This document shows positions 57,438 through 64,000 of a stretch of DNA of 64,000 nucleotides, one piece after another. Location: positions 488-64,487 of the forward strand of contig DXXK01000067.1 in assembly GCA_019416425.1 (NCBI GenBank), read 5' to 3'. Each line of letters opens with the position of its first letter. The first letter of the stretch is position 1. The position numbers and the translations under genes were made by a program. This stretch comes from Bacteroidales bacterium (GTDB lineage: Bacteria > Bacteroidota > Bacteroidia > Bacteroidales > Muribaculaceae). The notes under the pieces were generated by a model. The model had not been told where the DNA came from and ran no database searches. It worked only from the letters and a program-made list of their open reading frames with translations.

Positions 57438-58442
57438 TTATTGTTTCTGCCAGGGAAGCGAGGCGGCTCCAAGTATAGCGGCATGCGCTCCCGGCATGGT
57501 GGAAAACATTATCTTAGTATCGCGGTAGAGATACAGCATATGCCGGTCCATTACCTCCTTGATGTGATGGGCGTTCAATTCACGCGGATTGGCAACACCG
57601 CCGAACAGGATTATAGCCTCGGGATCGCAGAAGGCACAGAACTCGGCAAACGCTTTACCCATAACTTCCTCAGTCAGATACAGCACCTGCGCAGCGATCA
57701 CGTCCCCTTGAAGAAATGCCTTGCCTATGGCTTTTGCCGTCAGCTGTTGGTCGGGCATATCACGCAATATAGATTGCGTATCGGAAGCGGCCAGCATCTT
57801 TCGGGCAGTTTCCACTATACCCGAAGCCGTGCAGTAGGTCTGGAGACATCCGTCACGTCCGCATGTGCAATGCCGGTCGGCGGTAAACCCGAAAGTCATA
57901 TGTCCCAGCTCGCCTGCAAAACCATGCATGCCGTTCAGTACACGTCCGTCAACCACAATGCCGCTTCCTACTCCTGTGCCGAGAGTGATCTCGATGAAGT
58001 TATCCATTCCACGGGCGCAACCGTAAGTCATCTCGCCGATCGCAGCGGCATTGGCGTCGTTGGCCATCCAAACGGCAAGTCCGGTAGCGGACTCAAGCAT
58101 CCGGCCGAGCGGCGTTATACCTTTCCAAGGAAGGTCAGCGGGATTCTCTATGCATTTGGTCTTGGGATTAGCGCAGGGAGTTCCGATACCGATGCCGATA
58201 ATGCTACAGTTTGACTCCGAAATCCGGCCGGCCTCATCGACTGTGGCCACGCCAGACTCGCGGATCATACCGATTATTTCCGAGCCCAGCTTCTTGACGA
58301 AGTCATTGGCATCCATATAGTCCCTTGTCGCAAAACCCTCCTGACGGATTATGCTCCCATCGGCCGTGACAAGCGCCACATGGATATTTGTGCCGCCTAT
58401 ATCGACGCCGATACTGTATTTCTGCTCTATTTCGTTTTCCAT
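57438..58442 (-). CDS. ROK-family sugar kinase
   Basis: IGVDIGGT, NDANAAAIGE, TLGTGVGSG, GELGH, CTCGRDGC. Confidence 0.92.
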   Translation of the reverse strand: MENEIEQKYSIGVDIGGTNIHVALVTADGSIIRQEGFATRDYMDANDFVKKLGSEIIGMIRESGVATVDEAGRISESNCSIIGIGIGTPCANPKTKCIENPADLPWKGITPLGRMLESATGLAVWMANDANAAAIGEMTYGCARGMDNFIEITLGTGVGSGIVVDGRVLNGMHGFAGELGHMTFGFTADRHCTCGRDGCLQTYCTASGIVETARKMLAASDTQSILRDMPDQQLTAKAIGKAFLQGDVIAAQVLYLTEEVMGKAFAEFCAFCDPEAIILFGGVANPRELNAHHIKEVMDRHMLYLYRDTKIMFSTMPGAHAAILGAASLPWQKQ

Positions 58443-58535
58443 GATGATACGTTCTGTATGGTTTCTTGCGACTTGGCTTCAAGTTCGCGCAATTTTCGCA
58501 AAATTACAAAAAATTCACGTTTTGTGTATACGGAA

Positions 58536-59426
58536 TCAGCGTTTGGTGGAAATAATCATGAAGGTGACGGCGCCCATTGCGATGATCATGCCGATCAGGA
58601 TGTTGTTGGTCAGCGGCTCGCCGAAAACCAGAGTGCCGACCATGATGGCTGTCACCGGTTCGAAGACGCCAAGCACCGAAGCCTTGGTCGCGCCGATGTT
58701 GCGCGATGCCACTGCCAATGATGCGGTCGAGATGATAGTCGGGAATATGGCAAGGCCCACCAAATTCAGCCAGTCCAGATTAGTGTCTATACCGGTCATA
58801 AGGTTCTGACCTGAGCAAAGCACCTGTATCATGAAAACCACAGCACCTACCAACAGTGAATAGAATGTCAGCACTGAATCCGATACGGTGCTGATAGACT
58901 TGTTGCGGTTGATTATGACCACAAATAGTGCATAGGCTAATGCCGAGCCCAACGACAGAACTACTCCTATCGGATTGATTGACTCCGCCGGTCCTCCCTG
59001 GGTCATTATGATGACCCCTACAAATGTGGCGGCGATTGCCAGCCATACCTGCCATGACGGCACCACCTTTAGGAACACCATCATCAGCGCGACCAGCACC
59101 GGCGAGACGAACACTATCATCGTCGCCAGACCCGACGGCATATAGTTGTAGGCCGAGAACAGCATGATGCTGCTCGAAGTGTAAAGCAATCCAAGTATCA
59201 GCAACACGCCGGCCTGTTTCATGTTGACTCTGAAACTCTGTCGGTCAGCCAAAAGAATAGCTCCTAAGATCAAAACCGCGAAACCATACCGGAAGAACAA
59301 TACAGACTCAACCGATGCCCCGTCCCGCATCAGCGGCATGGCGAACAGCGGATTCAATCCATAAGTGATACCCGATACAATTCCCGCCGGATACCCAATC
59401 AACGCATTCTTACTGATTCCATTCAT
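58536..59426 (-). CDS. DMT/EamA transporter
   Basis: YGLNPLFA, LFFRY, IGATKASVLGVFEPVTA. Confidence 0.9.
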   Translation of the reverse strand: MNGISKNALIGYPAGIVSGITYGLNPLFAMPLMRDGASVESVLFFRYGFAVLILGAILLADRQSFRVNMKQAGVLLILGLLYTSSSIMLFSAYNYMPSGLATMIVFVSPVLVALMMVFLKVVPSWQVWLAIAATFVGVIIMTQGGPAESINPIGVVLSLGSALAYALFVVIINRNKSISTVSDSVLTFYSLLVGAVVFMIQVLCSGQNLMTGIDTNLDWLNLVGLAIFPTIISTASLAVASRNIGATKASVLGVFEPVTAIMVGTLVFGEPLTNNILIGMIIAMGAVTFMIISTKR

Positions 59427-59543
59427 CTAATCAAAATCATATGATTCATCGCATCAGGAAACGTTCTGATTTGAGGAAATATTATTGATTATAGTTGACA
59501 AAACATGTATTTGTGCAAAATGAATTCGTGGTCAATACCATCT

Positions 59544-59636
59544 ACATAGGCTGCAAGAAATTCCCGTACCACGATACTTTAGCCCTCTCCGTGTCGGGCG
59601 TATCGTGAAAAGGTTGAATCCTTTAACAGCCATATC
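59544..59636 (-). other. Multi-stem structured element upstream of the EamA gene (candidate cis-regulatory RNA)
   Basis: Minus-strand helices GGCUGU/GCAGCC, AAAGG/CCUUU, CACGAUAC/GUAUCGUG, GCCC/GGGC. Confidence 0.45.
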
Positions 59637-59689
59637 CTTGTTTAATCCGTTATAATGTTGTAACTTTGTACTCTAAAACAGAATCTGAT

Positions 59690-59875
59690 ATGGCAATGAC
59701 AATCAACTCATCACCTGTGCTGACAGGTGAATCTGCACGAGCTTTCATCGAGGAAGCAGAGCGTAACGGCAAACTGCCAACGCCATGTCTTTCGCCTGAA
59801 CGCGAAGCGCAGATAGCTGAATTTTTAAGAAAATCGCGCGAGTTCATTTTTCCTCCCAAGGATAAGAAAAAATGA
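59690..59875 (+). CDS. Small putative antitoxin
   Basis: 61 aa after TAACTTTG (59661-59668); ATGA overlap with the GNAT gene. Confidence 0.6.
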   Translation: MAMTINSSPVLTGESARAFIEEAERNGKLPTPCLSPEREAQIAEFLRKSREFIFPPKDKKK

Positions 59876-60476
59876 ACCCGGATAATTTTATCCTTGAACG
59901 TGATGCTGTGATGCGGCCTTACACGGCTGATGTCGCCGCCTATTGTGCACCTTTTTCATGTGAGGACAGCGACCTCGACGAGTTCTTTTCAAAAGACGCT
60001 TTCCTCTATGAAACCGAACTGTTGGGAAAAACATATGCCTGGATTAACACAGCTGATCCTTCGCAGATTTTGGGTCTGGCAACTTTGGCAAATGACAGCG
60101 TCAAAGCAAAGTTTATCGCCAATTCCGCGCGAAACCGACTGCAACGAAGTATCACAAATGCCAAACGCGGAATGAATTATCCCGCCATCCTTATTGGACG
60201 TTTGGGCGTTTCTTCCGAATATCGAGGCAAAGGGCTTAACATCGGCAGTCAGATTCTCGACTTTATCAAAGGTTGGTTCCGCTCGTTTGATAATAAAACC
60301 GGATGCCGTTTTATTGTCGTTGACGCCTACAACAACGAAAAACTCTGCATTTCTATGAAAAGAACGGTTTCAAACCTTTGTATAAAAGCGAACATGAGGA
60401 ACGTGCTTTCCTTGAATTAGCTCATGACGAACCTTTGGGAACCAGATTTATGTTCTTCGACCTGAAACTCAAATGA
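59872..60476 (+). pseudogene. GNAT toxin-like acetyltransferase, frameshifted at the A-run 60338-60342
   Basis: FSCEDSDLDEFF, YPAILIGRLGV, GCRFIVVDAYN; one extra A restores TLHFYEKNGF...TRFMFFDL. Confidence 0.8.
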
Positions 60477-60479
60477 AAT

Positions 60480-60605
60480 AAGCCTCAGTCTCCCGGCGAA
60501 TTATTCATACCAGACAACGAGGTCAGGCTTCCGGATGAGTTTGAATACGGCCGAGTGGATGAATATATCCGCTCGGCAGAGGCATTTTCTCGCTCATCTT
60601 ATTCT
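60480..60605 (+). pseudogene. 5' fragment of a Bacteroidales LuxR-type regulator
   Basis: ELFIPDNEVRLPDEFEYGRVDEYIRSAEAFSRS; recognised from memory only. Confidence 0.4.
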
Positions 60606-60800
60606 GAGCTTTTCTGCAATTTGTACCCATAAATGTAAGTTGCTTAATAATAGCATCTTCTTACCTATTGCCAATTTAAATTAGATACGAATTTAACTAC
60701 TATTCGTGTACTCATTGTTAATTTACTTTTTGATTTTCATAGAGTTCCATTTTGAGGCATATTTTCGGAAAAACTAAGAAATAAGCAGCATCATTTAAAA

Positions 60801-60831
60801 TATCAGGCAACCCCGCCGGGATTGCCCGATA
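60801..60831. terminator. Terminator-like hairpin after the lipoprotein pair
   Basis: TATCAGGCAA...TTGCCCGATA. Confidence 0.5.
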
Positions 60832-60904
60832 ACTTATGCCTCTTGTGAGGTAAATGATTCTGATATATCCCTAACTCACGTTAATATGACTCAATAAGTG
60901 ATAT

Positions 60905-61543
60905 TTATATAGTGATTATATCAGTCAACTCAGCGTATTCCCACTTTCGTAGATTCTTCATGTGGGTTAAAATAGTTATGAATTTTCTTACTTTGGCAGC
61001 CGGAACCAAGTCTTCGGCGTTGGACGACATTACTTTACCCCAAGGGATGTCGATATAGCCGAAGGCTCTGCCGTCTTTGTCCCACCAGACATCTACGCTT
61101 TTCTGTTCAGTAAGCGGTTCTCCTCCAAATGCCACTATCGCATTTGACAGAGCTTTGTATTTGTCCATCATAATATGAGATTCATCTTTCCTTGGCAAGA
61201 TATCCTTATAGCGTTCCAAAGCATCTTTGCGCCGTATCATTTTGCCGCCTTCCTCGTCCTCAAGAGCTACGATAAACTTGATATTGAGATATTTGTCGGA
61301 TACTAATACCCCGAGTATCTCAAACTCGGAAGCTATACTGTCCCTTACAAGGTTATAGTCTTGCTTATTAAGATAGTAAATCACTCCGTCGCGTTGTACT
61401 GCAAGCGACAGATGTTCTGGAGTAGTATGGGTCTCCCAAAATTGATTGAATGAATCTTTGGATGAGTCTTTCCCTTTTTCCATTGAGCATCCTGTCAACA
61501 GAATTGAAAGAAACATGCTTAATATAAGTATCAAATGTTTCAT
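60905..61543 (-). CDS. Hypothetical lipoprotein
   Basis: Lipobox LLTGC. Confidence 0.75.
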   Translation of the reverse strand: MKHLILILSMFLSILLTGCSMEKGKDSSKDSFNQFWETHTTPEHLSLAVQRDGVIYYLNKQDYNLVRDSIASEFEILGVLVSDKYLNIKFIVALEDEEGGKMIRRKDALERYKDILPRKDESHIMMDKYKALSNAIVAFGGEPLTEQKSVDVWWDKDGRAFGYIDIPWGKVMSSNAEDLVPAAKVRKFITILTHMKNLRKWEYAELTDIITI

Positions 61544-61576
61544 ATGCTTAAACTATAATCGATTTATGAAATATCA

Positions 61577-62875
61577 TTATTGTGGAACTTTTCTGATTAC
61601 GAGATCTTTCTCGTATGTAGAATAATCCTTTATCAGAGGTTTTACGGGTTCTGGAAGGGGTTGTTCTCCTTGCTGGGTATAGTAGTATGTATCATTGTCA
61701 CGTTCCAGCCAGAATCCAAAATCCGTGGTATGACTGTAAATTGGTGGTATTAGATAAATTCCATCACTATGTCCCAGATTTTTGACACTTTCGCCGGATA
61801 AAGTCAGCATTTCAGTATCGCCGTCTTTTCGTCGCACTACTACTGTATTCTCGCTTGCCGGCAACATCATATCTACATCAATCGGCGAGAGAATCACTTC
61901 GCCCTTGTAATTTGATATGCCGAATCCATCGAAATCTTTGTAAACGTAATATGAATTTCTGGAACCTATTAAATCGAGTGACTCAGGTTGTTTGTATTGA
62001 TTCCCATTTAGATCGTCATAGAGCAACTCGCCGTTTTTAAGAATAAAAAGTCCACCTGGAGTGCGAACGTGAGATGCACGCACATCTTCACCATATTGAT
62101 GTATGGTTTCTCCTTTTGTGTCTATTAAACACCATTTGTCAATGTCTTCAGCTACGAGGGCATGTCCATTATAGAAATCATCGGCTTTTAGATAGTCTCT
62201 TGGTGGGATTGCGATATTGCCATTAACATCAAGATATGCTATTTTACCGCTCACGGTCACTACTCGCAGGAGGCCATCGCTGTAAATCCGTGCGGATGAG
62301 GCCAATCTGTCACCGTTGATATCTGATATTTCTGCTTTTATATTACCTTCGGCGTCAAATATCTGTAATTTTCCATCATCATTTTTATAATCCTTGACAA
62401 CTAATGGAACATAACCACAGGAAAGATCTCCCATCGCAGTATCGTCTTTCGTGGTATATAGGAATTCGACTTCTTTTTCTCCCTTACGGGGCATGACCAC
62501 TGTTTGTCCGCCTTCCCAAAAATTATGGAGAATGGCTCCGTCTTTCATGCCGATCCCTAAATAATTTCCATCAGCACGGAGATATTTTCCATTAGTATAT
62601 TGGATTGCATCATCGCCGAAAACATTAATTTCTGACATTGCAGAAATAGATCCATCGGGTGACATATAAGCCTTATGGCCTTTGTATTCTATAGGATAAA
62701 AGATATATGAATTGTCTTTTTTCTCATCGCTTGAGCAAGATGTCAAAGTCGTAAGGCATACAATCAGAACACAAACTGTTGCTTGAACCGGTATTTTGAA
62801 AAATTTATTATGTTCTAAAACTTTAATAAACAATAGAATGGCATGGCACATAGTTGTGATTATTTGTGTTTGCAT
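61577..62875 (-). CDS. WG-repeat-like lipoprotein (start uncertain)
   Basis: LTSC lipobox; YSDGLLRV...IAYLDVNGNIAIP; FYNGHALV...WCLIDTKGE repeats. Confidence 0.75.
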   Translation of the reverse strand: MQTQIITTMCHAILLFIKVLEHNKFFKIPVQATVCVLIVCLTTLTSCSSDEKKDNSYIFYPIEYKGHKAYMSPDGSISAMSEINVFGDDAIQYTNGKYLRADGNYLGIGMKDGAILHNFWEGGQTVVMPRKGEKEVEFLYTTKDDTAMGDLSCGYVPLVVKDYKNDDGKLQIFDAEGNIKAEISDINGDRLASSARIYSDGLLRVVTVSGKIAYLDVNGNIAIPPRDYLKADDFYNGHALVAEDIDKWCLIDTKGETIHQYGEDVRASHVRTPGGLFILKNGELLYDDLNGNQYKQPESLDLIGSRNSYYVYKDFDGFGISNYKGEVILSPIDVDMMLPASENTVVVRRKDGDTEMLTLSGESVKNLGHSDGIYLIPPIYSHTTDFGFWLERDNDTYYYTQQGEQPLPEPVKPLIKDYSTYEKDLVIRKVPQ

Positions 62876-62986
62876 ATATATATATATCCTCCCTTCTGTC
62901 CCCAACCGGGGCTTCTGCAAGCGGTTCTTGTGCAAAAGAAGTAATTTTTTACTAGATTCCAAAACTTTCTAAAAAGTTTTAAGACT

Positions 62987-63058
62987 CATTTCCATAAAAA
63001 TGTTAATCCTCATCTCCATGAAAATGTTAATACCCATCTCCATGAAAATGTCAATGAG
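62987..63058. repeat. Three tandem 24-bp imperfect repeats
   Basis: CATTTCCATAAAAATGTTAATCCT / CATCTCCATGAAAATGTTAATACC / CATCTCCATGAAAATGTCAATGAG. Confidence 0.9.
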
Positions 63059-63135
63059 GGGGATTATTGGAGGAGGGAGGCGCGGGAATTTGAAAGTCGG
63101 ATAACAAACTTTTTCGCTGATTTTTTCGTTAATAT

Positions 63136-63166
63136 TTTGAGAACAGCAAAATTTATAATAACTTTG
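63136..63166 (+). promoter_or_regulatory. Consensus Bacteroidetes sigmaA promoter with no ORF downstream
   Basis: TTTG (63136-63139), 19-nt spacer, TAACTTTG (63159-63166). Confidence 0.75.
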
Positions 63167-63170
63167 CGGT

Positions 63171-63280
63171 ACCAAATGGGTAGTTTCCCCAAAAAAGAAA
63201 TACTTCGAGTGCGAAAGCAACGATTTTAGGGGCTGGGGTGTCTCCCGGTCGGAAAGGGTCTTGAAAGAAGACCCTTTTTT
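63171..63280 (+). ncRNA. Candidate ~110-nt structured small RNA convergent with DUF3800
   Basis: Promoter upstream; UGC-GAAA-GCA tetraloop; CCCC/GGGG stem; terminal AAAGGGUCUU/AAGACCCUUU hairpin plus U-tract ending at the DUF3800 stop. Confidence 0.65.
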
Positions 63281-64000
63281 CATTTATCGGGGAAGATTTT
63301 CAATCCAAGAATTTTGCCGTTGCTCGTATAAATATTGGGAGCTATCACATCATAGGCTGGGTTCGGTTTATGCGGATTCATTACATATCTTGAAATCGGG
63401 TAGGCAATCAAATCAGCTATCTGCAATCCGAATACATTCTCCTTTTTATCACTAAACCCGAACTTCCCTATATGCTCAGCAAAACGCTGTGGAGTTACAT
63501 AATGCATCCCTGTTATCCTTAATCCGTTATAATATTTAAGCAACGCTCCATCTTCGCGCTTTCCACGGCGCTCTACAATTATATTAATCGTGCCACCATC
63601 GGGATTATGGTCGTCAACACAAAACATGCTCCGCTGAAGAACATATTTGAGTGCGGTGCCATATACGTCAGCGTCTACTCCATGTTTCTGTATGCAAGGC
63701 TCTTTTAAGACAGAGCAACATACTATTACATAAATTCCTTGCATACCAAGCACCTCATTCACTCTTGAATAAAATTGCTGTTTTATTTCATCATCGAACA
63801 AGATTTGGAAATGTTTCTCGCATTTACGTATATCTCTGGAATGAAGTATCACATCAGTAGTCTGCCAAAATTCCTTCTTCAATTTGTCTATTTCTGATTT
63901 TAAGGAATTAACCTTTTTCACTGGCACCAAGATTCCGCAAAGCGTAAAAATTGGAAAATTACGGTCGTATGTGGCAAGAAAATGGTCGCCACATTCGTCA
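63280..64000 (-). CDS. DUF3800 family protein (5' end outside window)
   Basis: Frame open to the window edge: DECGDHFL...FPIFTLCG, LHSRDIRK, IIVERRGKRED, GLQIADLIAYP. Confidence 0.88.
   Translation of the reverse strand, partial: DECGDHFLATYDRNFPIFTLCGILVPVKKVNSLKSEIDKLKKEFWQTTDVILHSRDIRKCEKHFQILFDDEIKQQFYSRVNEVLGMQGIYVIVCCSVLKEPCIQKHGVDADVYGTALKYVLQRSMFCVDDHNPDGGTINIIVERRGKREDGALLKYYNGLRITGMHYVTPQRFAEHIGKFGFSDKKENVFGLQIADLIAYPISRYVMNPHKPNPAYDVIAPNIYTSNGKILGLKIFPDK

Noticed and set aside
59544..59636. SRP RNA, TPP or c-di-AMP riboswitch
   Set aside because: Only short motif fragments match; the diagnostic cores are missing
62987..63058. CRISPR array
   Set aside because: Repeats are contiguous with no unique spacers; no cas genes
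62969..63283. 104-aa minus-strand ORF overlapping the DUF3800 stop
   Set aside because: It runs through a terminator hairpin, a promoter and in-frame 24-bp repeats; composition is not protein-like; an opposite-strand RNA explains the features better

Overview
Bacteroidales chromosome segment, probably Muribaculaceae. The taxon is inferred from the gene repertoire and recurrent TAnnTTTG promoters; no database search was run. GC-rich housekeeping blocks (nucleoside phosphorylase, dprA, thioesterase, DUF1015, class II nrdJ, GH77 malQ) alternate with accessory DNA. The accessory parts are: (i) small resistance/regulatory genes and a GH109 plus kinase pair (1-8.6 kb); (ii) a beta-glucan/cello-oligosaccharide PUL (2x GH3, surface lipoprotein, SusD, SusC with an in-frame TAG, 2x GH5, GH94, MFS), controlled by a kinase-less propeller-AraC sensor plus a stand-alone paralogous AraC domain, with a conserved 34-bp operator; (iii) a decaying arsR-arsF-arsG-arsE-arsP-arsC operon next to tRNA-Ser(CGA); (iv) a 3.7-kb remnant in which a repeated scaffold brackets different cargo genes; (v) a ROK-GH29-CutC-transglutaminase operon whose last large gene has a Png1/NGLY1-like motif; (vi) an AT-rich right-end island with a frameshifted GNAT toxin-antitoxin-like pair, lipoproteins, 24-bp tandem repeats, and a DUF3800 gene facing a promoter- and terminator-bounded ~110-nt structured RNA. 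Best leads: the DUF3800-sRNA unit, the PNGase-like operon, the dual-AraC PUL regulator and the cassette scaffold. No CRISPR array, rRNA, intact integrase or transposase was seen. All family calls come from motif recognition by eye.
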